A stretch of 64,000 nucleotides of DNA from an uncultured Candidatus Saccharibacteria bacterium (lineage in GTDB: Bacteria > Patescibacteriota > Minisyncoccia > Phycocordibacterales > UBA2100): NCBI GenBank assembly GCA_964471165.1, contig CAYYEX010000001.1, positions 65,037 through 129,036 of the forward strand, read 5' to 3'. Of the stretch, positions 53,401 through 62,226 are shown in pieces (the stretch's first letter is position 1; every line of letters starts with the position of its first letter). The notes under the pieces were generated by a model. The model did no database searches. It saw nothing but the letters and a program-made list of their open reading frames with translations, and was not told where the DNA came from. Position numbers and translations under genes: made by a program.

Positions 53401-53434
53401 AAAAGACCGAGGAATGCCTCGGTCTTTCGTATTT
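53401..53434. terminator. hairpin terminator similar to the one following tRNA-Leu(CAA)
   Basis: AAAAGACCGAGG-aatg-CCTCGGTCTTTCGTATTT. Confidence 0.65.
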
Positions 53435-53451
53435 CGTAGAGTCCCCGTTTG

Positions 53452-53754
53452 CTACAACTTAATATTGCTGTACTCTCCGGCGTTACTCGTGTCTGTCGCT
53501 TTTTGGCTGTCGATGCCGAACGTGGTTGTGAGCAACGTGAGGATTCCGTATACCGAGACCATGATGAACATGCCCACAACACCCCAAAGCATATGTTGCT
53601 TACCCTCAGATGTAACCTCTCCCTCGCGCGAGTTCCACAGAAATACAACCAGACCCCACACGAAGAAGAAGAATCCCCCAGCAAACACCAATAGAATCAA
53701 CGGATTGATAATCAAGTCATTCAACTTGTTCATTATGTCCGAAGCAGCAGCCAT
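53452..53754 (-). CDS. TrbC/VirB2-like (T4SS_pilin-type) small membrane protein (100 aa)
   Basis: Two TM helices; C-terminal motif HMLWGVVGMFIMVSVYGILTLLTTTFG shared with neighbours. Confidence 0.5.
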   Translation of the reverse strand: MAAASDIMNKLNDLIINPLILLVFAGGFFFFVWGLVVFLWNSREGEVTSEGKQHMLWGVVGMFIMVSVYGILTLLTTTFGIDSQKATDTSNAGEYSNIKL

Positions 53755-53774
53755 ACTCGCTTAGATGAGCGAGC

Positions 53775-54158
53775 CTAGAAGGAGCGAATACCGTCTGGAG
53801 TGATTGAGGTGTTCTGCGTAACTCCGAAGGTGTTCTGGAGGAGTCGAATGATTCCCCAGATAGAAACCATCACGAAGATTGCGATAACGCCGTAAAACAT
53901 GAGCTTCAAGCCCTCCGACTTGTCTTCGCCACCTCCCGAGAAGAGGTATTTAATCAAGCCCCAGAAGAATGCAAGAATTGCAACGAGAATGAGCAGACCA
54001 ACCAAGCCGTTAAGAATGCGGTTGGCAAGAGCGAGCGTGCCGAGCAGACCCTGGGCAGCTGTTTGCTGCGCGGCTACAACTGCTGGAAGTGCAACGAACG
54101 CGAGCGTTGATGCGGTGGCGGTCAACTGAAATATAGACTGTCTGAGCTTTGATCCCAT
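53775..54158 (-). CDS. TrbC/VirB2-like (T4SS_pilin-type) small secreted membrane protein
   Basis: Signal peptide after the internal Met (start moved from 54281), then LMFYGVIAIFVMVSIWGIIRLLQNTFG. Confidence 0.5.
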   Translation of the reverse strand: MGSKLRQSIFQLTATASTLAFVALPAVVAAQQTAAQGLLGTLALANRILNGLVGLLILVAILAFFWGLIKYLFSGGGEDKSEGLKLMFYGVIAIFVMVSIWGIIRLLQNTFGVTQNTSITPDGIRSF

Positions 54159-54252
54159 AAAAAATGAAGTAGATAACGTTAGTGCTAGTACATCAATCGT
54201 ATCCTCTGTAGGGCCGAGAACAAGGCCTAAACGCAGCGAATGTGGATAGCTT

Positions 54253-54579
54253 TTAGTGCTCCTCTTCCTCGTGCCCCCCACTTGCCATCAGTGTAGTACC
54301 CACGAAATAGACGACAGCAGCAGCCACAATGGCTCCAACCACCATCGTTGCCTGCGCCATATGCGTTTGTACGAGCTGTGCAATCCACAGTAAAACCGCG
54401 AGCACCAGCAAAATGGTTACCGCCCACTGCATCATCAAAATTGCTTCATCACGATAGGTCGGGTATGTGCCGAGGCGCACGTACCACAGCATGAGCCCAC
54501 CGCCCATGAGCAATATAGAGAATGTGAGCATCACGCCCACTACAATGTTGAATAAAGCGATGACAGAGGTGAAATCCAT
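54253..54579 (-). CDS. small 3-TM membrane protein with acidic HEEEEH C-terminus (member of the pilin-like operon)
   Basis: Tightly packed between paralogous genes. Hydrophobic. Confidence 0.4.
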   Translation of the reverse strand: MDFTSVIALFNIVVGVMLTFSILLMGGGLMLWYVRLGTYPTYRDEAILMMQWAVTILLVLAVLLWIAQLVQTHMAQATMVVGAIVAAAVVYFVGTTLMASGGHEEEEH

Positions 54580-54581
54580 AC

Positions 54582-54923
54582 TTAGTCACCTATTGAGCTT
54601 TGCTGTCCCCCGCTGGTGCCAAAAAGCGTCTGCTGAAGCAGGTTAAGAATCCCCCAAATTGAAACCATCACAAAAAGAATAATTACTCCCCATATCAGAA
54701 ACTCGCGTAGCGCGCCCCCACCGCGCTCCCCAGCTTTCAGCATGTTGTATGCGGCGCCGTACAAAAAAGCCACGAGTGCCGCTGCCACGAGCACGGTTGT
54801 TGCCTCGTTCAACAATCCCACAATCATTCCCACGAGCTCTTTGAATGTGTTTGGAGCCGCAAACGCAATCGTGGGGAGAGTAAGCACAAGCAAAATCGGC
54901 ACGACGTTGAGTATCTTTTTCAT
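54582..54923 (-). CDS. TrbC/VirB2-like (T4SS_pilin-type) small secreted membrane protein
   Basis: Signal peptide (MKKILNVVPILLVLTLPTIAFA) and C-terminal FLIWGVIILFVMVSIWGILNLLQQTLFG. Confidence 0.55.
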   Translation of the reverse strand: MKKILNVVPILLVLTLPTIAFAAPNTFKELVGMIVGLLNEATTVLVAAALVAFLYGAAYNMLKAGERGGGALREFLIWGVIILFVMVSIWGILNLLQQTLFGTSGGQQSSIGD

Positions 54924-54924
54924 A

Positions 54925-55275
54925 CTAACTGGTGAGCTCTTTTATTGTTCCCCCGATGAGAGACGCAAATACCCATGCACCGAGTATGAGAATTGCCCCG
55001 ATAACCACGTATACGAAGTTGGTCTTTGCTTTCGAAAGCTGCTCCTGATTTCCCTGAGCAAACACGAACAAGAATCCCGAATACACCATGAAAAGCGTGA
55101 TGATGGGTAGTGCCACCATAACCATTACCTTGAGTGCCCCGGAAACGAACTGAGGAATCGTGCTGAAGTTGTCGCTCAATGGATTTTTCAATTGGGCAAA
55201 TGCTACGTCTGCTGCAAACAAAGAGAGCACAAGCCCTGGCACAACGTATACGGCTATTCGACGGAGGTAGGTCAT
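54925..55275 (-). CDS. TrbC/VirB2-like small secreted membrane protein (divergent)
   Basis: Signal peptide and C-terminal FVYVVIGAILILGAWVFASLIGG related to the family motif. Confidence 0.45.
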   Translation of the reverse strand: MTYLRRIAVYVVPGLVLSLFAADVAFAQLKNPLSDNFSTIPQFVSGALKVMVMVALPIITLFMVYSGFLFVFAQGNQEQLSKAKTNFVYVVIGAILILGAWVFASLIGGTIKELTS

Positions 55276-56612
55276 GGTGTTTGTTGCACGTTGTTCTTTT
55301 CTTGATTATACGTGTCGAGCAAGGTCGCAATCTGTCGGTCGGCGCGTTGCACCGCTTCGCCAAGCAAGAGCGAGCCCGAAACAGTGTCTTCAATCATAGC
55401 GCGGAAAATTTCGTTGGTCTTTGCCGGATCTGGATCGGCCCAAGAGCGCACAAGAATTGCTTGTTTACTGTTGAGCCCGAGCTCAGTGGAAGACGCGGCA
55501 TTGAGCACATCACGTCGCGCTGATGGCAAGCCAACAGCCTGTGACATCCGCGCGTTCGTAGCCTCTGCACCAAGCAAACGAATGACTTCGTATGCACCTG
55601 TCTGGTTTTTACTTGTGCGCGGAACAGTAAACGCATATGTGTACCCGGCGTTCACGGCAGCCGATGTGCTACGTCGCTGTGGCACTCCCGCTGCAGCAAA
55701 ATTGAGATTCGGGTTTGCGGCAGAAATCAGCTTCCGCTCGCTCGAGAGTCCAATATAGAGCGCTAGGTCGCCTGCGATAAATGCTTTGCGCGCTTCAGGG
55801 AGCGAGGCGTTCCATGAGTAGCTCGGCTTTGCCGGGTCGGCAAAATCTGTATAAAAACGCAGCGCTGCAAGCGAAGCCATTGCCACATTTGTTTGCGACG
55901 GCGCAAGTTCTGCCTGGAGTACACCGTCGGAGTCCCGCGCCGTTATGTCGCCTCCCGCCTGCATCACCAGCAACGACAGAATCTCCTTGGCGTTGTTTAC
56001 ATTTTTATATTGTCCAAACGGAATAGTTGCTTTTGTGATAGTGCCTGTTTCTGTGCGCTTCGTAATCTTTTGCGCCATATCCTGCACCTGGTCCCAATAT
56101 TTCGGTGCATCCGCATATCCTGCGGTATTGAGCATATCTTTGTTCCAATACAAAACGAGTGGGTCTACGAGAATAGGGAGCCCGAGAATATTGCTGTCAC
56201 TCACAAACGGCGACGCCGCATCAGCGTAACGCCGTTCGAATTCGCTTTTTGGAAGTGATTCAAACGAAATAGGTAGCACGCGCGTTTCTTGCGTGAGCGC
56301 AAAGTCTTGGCGAAGAATAATCAAATCCGGTCCCTTACCACTGGCGAGCGCGTCTGTAATCCCCGTTATGTATGAGTCGGCATCCTTTTGCACATACGTA
56401 ACGCCGAGCAAACTAGAATCAGCATCTGCCGCTTCTCGGAGCAAATCGGTAATTGCATTACCGTCGAATGTCCCCCAGATAACCACCTGGCCGACAACGT
56501 TTGAGTTGCCGCGCCCGACTGCGAGCGCAAAAATCAGCACGCCGGCAATCGCGCACGCGCCAAACACACACAAGAGAATCACCTGAAACATGGACATGCC
56601 GCCGGATTTCAT
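55272..56612 (-). CDS. extracellular solute-binding protein (ABC-type SBP family 1-like), no adjacent permease/ATPase
   Basis: N-terminal TM/lipobox-like anchor and a periplasmic binding-protein fold signature (ILRQDF..., LVLYWNKDML). 446 aa. Confidence 0.65.
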   Translation of the reverse strand: MKSGGMSMFQVILLCVFGACAIAGVLIFALAVGRGNSNVVGQVVIWGTFDGNAITDLLREAADADSSLLGVTYVQKDADSYITGITDALASGKGPDLIILRQDFALTQETRVLPISFESLPKSEFERRYADAASPFVSDSNILGLPILVDPLVLYWNKDMLNTAGYADAPKYWDQVQDMAQKITKRTETGTITKATIPFGQYKNVNNAKEILSLLVMQAGGDITARDSDGVLQAELAPSQTNVAMASLAALRFYTDFADPAKPSYSWNASLPEARKAFIAGDLALYIGLSSERKLISAANPNLNFAAAGVPQRRSTSAAVNAGYTYAFTVPRTSKNQTGAYEVIRLLGAEATNARMSQAVGLPSARRDVLNAASSTELGLNSKQAILVRSWADPDPAKTNEIFRAMIEDTVSGSLLLGEAVQRADRQIATLLDTYNQEKNNVQQTP

Positions 56613-57190
56613 ATGTGTGATGGTTTTTTATAAATCAGTCCGTAATGGTGTGCCCCGGCATCAAACTCTCGCACAGGCTCGAATCCAGCTTTTTCCGCAC
56701 ACGAAAGCGCTTTCTCTTTTTTCACCACAGCAGATTTGTGTGGCCCCATGCCGCCGAACGACTCACTCCAATCCACAACAGCAAGCAGGCCATCTGGTTT
56801 CAAAATACGGTATGCCTCGCTAAAAAGCACGTCTTTGTCATCAAGTTGAAAGAGGAGGTTTGAAATAAGCACGCGGTCTGCATGATTATCAGCAATTTTG
56901 GAACCATATGGTCGCTCCAAGTCGCTCCACACAATTTCTACATTCTTGTAGCCGCGCTTGTGTGATTCATTCTTGATTCGTCGTAAGAGGTCTTGCTGCA
57001 CATCAATAGCATAGACGTGCCCTGCATGCGCGAGCCGCTCAGCAATCGCAAGCACATACGCACCTGAGCCGCTGCCAAAATCCGCCACTATCATGCCGGG
57101 TTGAATATCCATCGCACCAACGTTTCGTGGCGGGTGCGCAAAATTCTCCGTTTGAAGCGGATTCATCATCATAAATAAGTATACCGCCAC
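56609..57190 (-). CDS. class I SAM-dependent methyltransferase
   Basis: Motif I VADFGSGSG, post-I acidic residue, motif IV LAVVDW. Confidence 0.75.
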   Translation of the reverse strand: MAVYLFMMMNPLQTENFAHPPRNVGAMDIQPGMIVADFGSGSGAYVLAIAERLAHAGHVYAIDVQQDLLRRIKNESHKRGYKNVEIVWSDLERPYGSKIADNHADRVLISNLLFQLDDKDVLFSEAYRILKPDGLLAVVDWSESFGGMGPHKSAVVKKEKALSCAEKAGFEPVREFDAGAHHYGLIYKKPSHI

Positions 57191-57232
57191 AATGTGGCGG
57201 TATCTCGTGATTATTTGTGGGTATGGGGATGG

Positions 57233-59746
57233 CTAGTCTTTCACGTCTTCGTCGTCTGCTTCGAACACAACGAACGATGCCACCGTATCCGTATCGCGCA
57301 TTTTCATCACACGCACGCCCTGTGTTGCGCGCGAGAGTGTTGGAATCTCATCGAGGCCAGTGCGGATGGTCTGCGATTTTTTCGACATCGCAACCAATTC
57401 CCCGCCACTCTTTACGAGCACGTAACCACCGACGAGTTGTTTTGTTTTTGCAGTGATAGACATTGTTTTAATGCCCGAGCCTCCGCGCCCCTGTGTTTTA
57501 TATTCATCGAGACTCGTTTTTTTGCCGTAACCGGTCGATGAGATAACGAGCAACTCAGCGTCTTTGGAACCCTTGGGAATAACGCCCGCGCCCACAATCG
57601 TGTCGCCGGAGCCGAGCTTCATGCCGCGCACGCCGGCTGCCTGACGGCCCATTTCACGCACATCATCTGCAGCAAAACGAATTGACTGACCCTTGGCGGT
57701 AACCAAGAGCGCGTCGTCTCCTTTGCGCACAAACTCCGCCGTTATGAGTGAGTCTCCCTTGTCCAGACCGATTGCAATCAGGCCGCTTCGACGCACTTCT
57801 TTAAAATTGCTTGCTGCAACACGCTTCACGGTGCCGTTCTTTGTCGCCATAAGGAGCGAAAGGTCGTCTGCGGCCTTCTTTTCCTTCGGCATCGAAAGAA
57901 TCGATGTGATTGCCTCTCCTTGTTCGAGCGAGAGGAAGTTCATGATTGACTTGCCCTTTGTTGCGCGTTTTCCTTCCGGTAGCTCATACATTTTCAGCTG
58001 GTATGCCTTGCCGCGGTCCGAGAAGAACAACAGGTCGCTGTGTGCAGAGGCAGTCAAAAACTGCGTTACGAAATCTTCTTCTTTGGTATCCAAATCAACA
58101 ACACCCACGCCGCCGCGTTTCTGTCTGCGGTATTCGCTTGGGTTGGTGCGTTTGATGTAGCCACCGCTCGTGAGCACGAGCACCGACTCGTCGTCGGCTA
58201 CCAAGTCTTCGGCGGAAAGAATTGTGGCGCCGCCTTTCACGATTTTGGTACGACGGTCGTCGCCGTATTTCTCGACGACTTCAGTGATTTCTTTCTTGAT
58301 GAGGTCCATGAGTTTTTTCTCGCTCTTGAGAAGTGACTGAAGGTATGCGATGAGTGCCTGCACTTCCTTGAGCTCGTCTTCGATTTTCTGGCGCTCAAGC
58401 GCAGCAAGTCGCTGGAGGCGCAAATCAAGAATCGCCTGCGCCTGCAAGTCCGAGAACTTGAAGGTTTTCATGAGGCCGTTCTTCGCATCTTCTACGGTCT
58501 TTGACTTGCGGATGAGGGAGATGATTTCGTCGAGATGGTCGAGCGCTTTCTTGAGGCCGATGAGGATGTGCTCGCGCGCCTCTGCAATGCGCAAATCGTA
58601 TTTCGTGCGGCGAGTCACCACTTCTTTGCGGTGCGCAATGTAGTACTCGAGCATCGCCTTGAGCGAGAGCGTCTGCGGCACACCGTCAACGAGTGCCACC
58701 ATGTTGTAGTGGAACGTGTCTTCGAGTTGTGTGTGCTTGTAGAGGTAGTTGAGTACCGTCTGGGCGTTGGCATTGTTTTTGAGCTCAATAACGATGCGAA
58801 TGTCTTTTGTGGACTCGTCGCGAATGTCGCGAATGCCTTCCAGTTTTTTCTCCTGGACCAAGTCGGCGATTTTGATGATGAGGTCGGCCTTAACCACGCG
58901 ATACGGAATTGATGTGACGATTATTTGATAGTCACCCTTTTTTCCTTCGACGATTTCTGCATTACCGCGCACCACGACCGGGCCTCGCCCCGTGGTGTAT
59001 GCCTGCACGATATCGCGCTTATTGAACGCAATGCATCCCGTTGGGAAATCTGGACCCTGAACAAACTGAAGCAAGTCTTCGGTGGTTGCGTCTGGGTTTT
59101 CAATCATGTGAATCGCTGCCCCACCTACTTCGCGTAGATTGTGCGGCGCGATGTTGCTGGCCATACCCACAGCAATGCCGAGCGTGCCATTGAGGAGCAG
59201 GTTTGGAATTGTGGTTGGGAGCACTGTTGGTTCCTGCTTGGTGTTGTCGTAGTTTGCACGGAAATCTACAGTGTCTTTATCGATATCGCGGAGCATTTCC
59301 CCGCCGATGCGTGACATTTTTGCCTCGGTGTATCGATAGGCCGCAGCACCGTCGCCGTCGATTGAGCCGAAGTTGCCCTGTCCAATAACCAACGGGTAGC
59401 GCATCGAAAAGTCTTGCGCCATTTTTACCATCGCGTCGTAAACGCTGGCGTCGCCATGCGGATGGTACTTACCGAGCACATCTCCAACGACTGTTGCCGA
59501 CTTACGAGTCTTAGCGCTTGCAGTGAGTCCCGCTTCTTGCATCGCAAACATGATGCGGCGGTGCACTGGTTTGAATCCGTCGCGAACATCCGGCAACGCA
59601 CGTCCGGTGATAACGGTCATTGCGTAGTCGAGATAGGACTCGCGCATTTCTTGCGTAATCGAACGCGAAATCACGTTACCGGTTGGCACGTTTTCTTTAG
59701 CACCCCCGTTGTCGGATGGGGTTTCGTCTTTCTTTGCGCGCGCCAT
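57233..59746 (-). CDS. gyrA: DNA gyrase subunit A
   Basis: Active-site region, QRDR-like AMQEAGL..., GyrA-box-containing C-terminal beta-pinwheel repeats. 837 aa. gyrB not adjacent. Confidence 0.9.
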   Translation of the reverse strand: MARAKKDETPSDNGGAKENVPTGNVISRSITQEMRESYLDYAMTVITGRALPDVRDGFKPVHRRIMFAMQEAGLTASAKTRKSATVVGDVLGKYHPHGDASVYDAMVKMAQDFSMRYPLVIGQGNFGSIDGDGAAAYRYTEAKMSRIGGEMLRDIDKDTVDFRANYDNTKQEPTVLPTTIPNLLLNGTLGIAVGMASNIAPHNLREVGGAAIHMIENPDATTEDLLQFVQGPDFPTGCIAFNKRDIVQAYTTGRGPVVVRGNAEIVEGKKGDYQIIVTSIPYRVVKADLIIKIADLVQEKKLEGIRDIRDESTKDIRIVIELKNNANAQTVLNYLYKHTQLEDTFHYNMVALVDGVPQTLSLKAMLEYYIAHRKEVVTRRTKYDLRIAEAREHILIGLKKALDHLDEIISLIRKSKTVEDAKNGLMKTFKFSDLQAQAILDLRLQRLAALERQKIEDELKEVQALIAYLQSLLKSEKKLMDLIKKEITEVVEKYGDDRRTKIVKGGATILSAEDLVADDESVLVLTSGGYIKRTNPSEYRRQKRGGVGVVDLDTKEEDFVTQFLTASAHSDLLFFSDRGKAYQLKMYELPEGKRATKGKSIMNFLSLEQGEAITSILSMPKEKKAADDLSLLMATKNGTVKRVAASNFKEVRRSGLIAIGLDKGDSLITAEFVRKGDDALLVTAKGQSIRFAADDVREMGRQAAGVRGMKLGSGDTIVGAGVIPKGSKDAELLVISSTGYGKKTSLDEYKTQGRGGSGIKTMSITAKTKQLVGGYVLVKSGGELVAMSKKSQTIRTGLDEIPTLSRATQGVRVMKMRDTDTVASFVVFEADDEDVKD

Positions 59747-59829
59747 ATTCAGTGAATTGTAACAAAAATGAAGTTGTACCGCCAGTAATCAGAATACTCA
59801 AAAACCCTTATTTGCTGCCCTATTATTGA

Positions 59830-60150
59830 CTATTGACCAGTTTGTTGTGACGAAGGAACAAGGTCTACGCGCCCGTTTGTAGAGCTTGCTGTAAACTCGG
59901 TCGGCTCGCCCAGCAGCACACTGTCTGCTGCCGCTGCGGCAGAGGCAGTCTGTGGGGCACTCTTGGGCGTGCCCTGGTCGCGGGTGAGCCCGAGCGCCGT
60001 GCGGCCAATTGACCGAACCGCAAAGAATCCCCAGAACACAAACAGAAACAGCGCGATACCAACCGCCCAGTACATCGCGATGGTCCGTCGTTCATGATGC
60101 GGACGTTCTTTCAATTCTTCTATCTTGTCGAGTGTCCGCTGCACAACCAT
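59830..60150 (-). CDS. hypothetical small membrane protein (106 aa from internal Met)
   Basis: Single TM (YWAVGIALFLFVFWGFFAV); Ala/Ser-rich tail. Confidence 0.35.
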   Translation of the reverse strand: MVVQRTLDKIEELKERPHHERRTIAMYWAVGIALFLFVFWGFFAVRSIGRTALGLTRDQGTPKSAPQTASAAAAADSVLLGEPTEFTASSTNGRVDLVPSSQQTGQ

Positions 60151-60169
60151 ATCGCTATTATGCACCAAT

Positions 60170-60790
60170 CTAAGAAGACAGCACCACAACCTCGCCCTGC
60201 TTGCCCACGAGGTCACGCGGTTTAATCGTGAGCTTGTCGACGGGCTTCGTAGCCTCGGCACCCGCTTCTTTGAGGAAGGTCTTCAACGTTTTGTCGTCGT
60301 ACATAATCGGAATCACAATTTTTGCTCCCAATTTTACCGAAAGCTTTTCCGCTTCGGCTGGCGAAAGCGTGCCCTCGCCACCAACAGGAATGATGAGCAC
60401 GTCGGGGGAATCCATTTCCAATACGTCGGCGGGAATGTCCATGTCGCCGAGCGCCCCGAGATACAAAACGGAAATTCCGTCAAAGTGAACTGAGTAGACA
60501 GTATTTATGCGCCCCTCTTTGTCGTACATGGAACCTGCAGGATACCCGGAAGCAGTGATGTCTTTTACTTCGTATTCACCAGGACCATAAATAACGAACG
60601 GCTGTTTATCGCCACGCCCAGCTTCGTCGGAACCATTCATGTCGGGATGGTTGAGCGAAATGAATGCGACGTCTGCACCAAAGTTCGTCGGTTTAAAATT
60701 TTTCGACTGTTTAGATATAGGACCGAGCACAATAGCAGTGTCGCCAGCGCTCGCTCGAATGCATGAACCTTCGTGGAATGTCAAAATCAT
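60170..60790 (-). CDS. MBL-fold metal-dependent hydrolase
   Basis: ...FHEGSCIRASAGDTAIVLGP...HPDMNG...VHFDGISVLYLGALGD... is the pattern of beta-lactamase-superfamily Zn hydrolases. Confidence 0.6.
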   Translation of the reverse strand: MILTFHEGSCIRASAGDTAIVLGPISKQSKNFKPTNFGADVAFISLNHPDMNGSDEAGRGDKQPFVIYGPGEYEVKDITASGYPAGSMYDKEGRINTVYSVHFDGISVLYLGALGDMDIPADVLEMDSPDVLIIPVGGEGTLSPAEAEKLSVKLGAKIVIPIMYDDKTLKTFLKEAGAEATKPVDKLTIKPRDLVGKQGEVVVLSS

Positions 60791-60906
60791 GCGCAGTAGT
60801 ATACCCCATTGTGCCATGTGCTCCAGTGCAACCGCGTTATGATAATAGAACTCCGCGCGTGCGGAGCATGTGCGCCAACGGCGCGTTTACATACGAGGAG
60901 GAGACG

Positions 60907-61230
60907 ATGAAGCGATTGTTCCTGCTTACAGCGTGTGCTGCGGCACTCTGCGTTACGCCGGCTACGGCAAGCGATGTGTCGAAGGCCATCCCGCCGGAAA
61001 TCAAGTCCGTCACCGCGGACGTCGGCAATGCCATCGAATACAACTTCCGCTCGAAAGCGCTCAAGGTGACCGGCGATCTCGGCGAAGCCACCGTCGAAGT
61101 CGATCCGAAGGTCAAGCATCGTGTCGAGGCGCTGTTTCGTCGCTTCGGCGAGAAAATGCGCAACGAAGGCGACAAACTGCTCGGCAAGGGCGACCGCATG
61201 CTCGAACGGGCGAACATCGAGATCAAGTAA
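60907..61230 (+). CDS. small secreted protein (107 aa) in a high-GC island
   Basis: Strong RBS AGGAGGAG before the ATG. Signal peptide MKRLFLLTACAAALCVTPATA. Followed by a terminator. Confidence 0.5.
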   Translation: MKRLFLLTACAAALCVTPATASDVSKAIPPEIKSVTADVGNAIEYNFRSKALKVTGDLGEATVEVDPKVKHRVEALFRRFGEKMRNEGDKLLGKGDRMLERANIEIK

Positions 61231-61263
61231 CTGACGCACTGGCATGGGCTGGGGCATACGATC

Positions 61264-61292
61264 CGGGCCAAGTGCGCCCGGATTGTTTTTTG
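61264..61292 (+). terminator. Rho-independent terminator
   Basis: CCGGGC-caagt-GCGCCCGG then ATTGTTTTTTGT. Confidence 0.7.
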
Positions 61293-61757
61293 TACACATG
61301 AATGCCTCGACATATTTTTCCGACAGGTGTAGCCTTTCTGTAGGTCACCCGAACACGGTAACTCGTGCCTTCGGCATGACCCAACGCGAAAGGAGTTCCT
61401 TTGCCCACTTTCACTCTGAATCGCGCGTCTCAGCACCGTGCAGCGGTCGCAGTGGCGCTCAAGGCGAAGAAGGCCAAGAAGGTCGAAGCAAGCTGACGCG
61501 ATCGTCAGGAACCCCGAGGGAGATGACTCTCATGGAATGGCCCTAGGCTGTCCATCTCGTAGGTTCGCCGCACCTCATAATAGCGGCAACGATGATAATG
61601 GTACCCGGCTGGCGCGAGCGCCACCGGGGACCTTTTTTTATGAACTCCATCTCCTCGACAAAGCCCCCGGGCAGGCGTAGCGTTATTACAGTATCCGTGA
61701 GCGCGTACCCACCACGCCTCGGTGCGTATAAATAGATGGGACTTTGGGGAGGATGCT

Positions 61758-62153
61758 ATGCGAGCCATAGCCCTGGGTATCATGACGGCTACTGCATTCG
61801 CCCTGTCCACGCACGTCGTGGCACAGGAGGCTGCATCAGAAGATTCGTTCAAAGCACGGTTCGCGGCCGCAACGCAGCGAACTGCGGCGTTTGCCCCGAC
61901 GAAGGAGATGGAACATGTGTCTGCCGGACCATCAAACTTTGTTCATCCGCTTGACCGCGTGATTGCACAGCGCAGGATTAACCTTCGGGCATTCCTTCAC
62001 ACGGGCGGAGAGCTCGACGACCTGCCGTTCATCTGGTCACTTTCCGCATGGAAATGGCCAGTCATTTCCGCAGAACTCGCCGAGGAAGAGCCCGCCGTGG
62101 AGGCTCCGACGAACAGCCCGCCAAAAGCAATTGCGGCGACGGTTCCGAAATAA
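61758..62153 (+). CDS. secreted hypothetical protein (131 aa) in a high-GC island
   Basis: RBS GGGGAGGA before the ATG at 61758. Signal peptide MRAIALGIMTATAFALSTHVVAQ. Confidence 0.45.
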   Translation: MRAIALGIMTATAFALSTHVVAQEAASEDSFKARFAAATQRTAAFAPTKEMEHVSAGPSNFVHPLDRVIAQRRINLRAFLHTGGELDDLPFIWSLSAWKWPVISAELAEEEPAVEAPTNSPPKAIAATVPK

Positions 62154-62226
62154 CCGCGCAATAACCGCCTGACTACATGTTCTCAATGATTCGAGCCTCG
62201 GCATCACGCCGGGGCTTGTCATTTAT

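Noticed and set aside
53104-53764. ORFs 53104..53394 -, 53250..53684 -, 53369..53764 + across the tRNA-Leu(UAG) region
   Set aside because: Same reason as the tRNA-Leu(CAA) region: they overlap the tRNA, hairpins, the repeat element and the first pilin-like gene.
60787-61436. Long minus-strand ORFs 60787..61299 and 60837..61436
   Set aside because: They are antisense to the well-supported secreted-protein gene 60907..61230 (strong RBS and signal peptide). They are artefacts of high GC.
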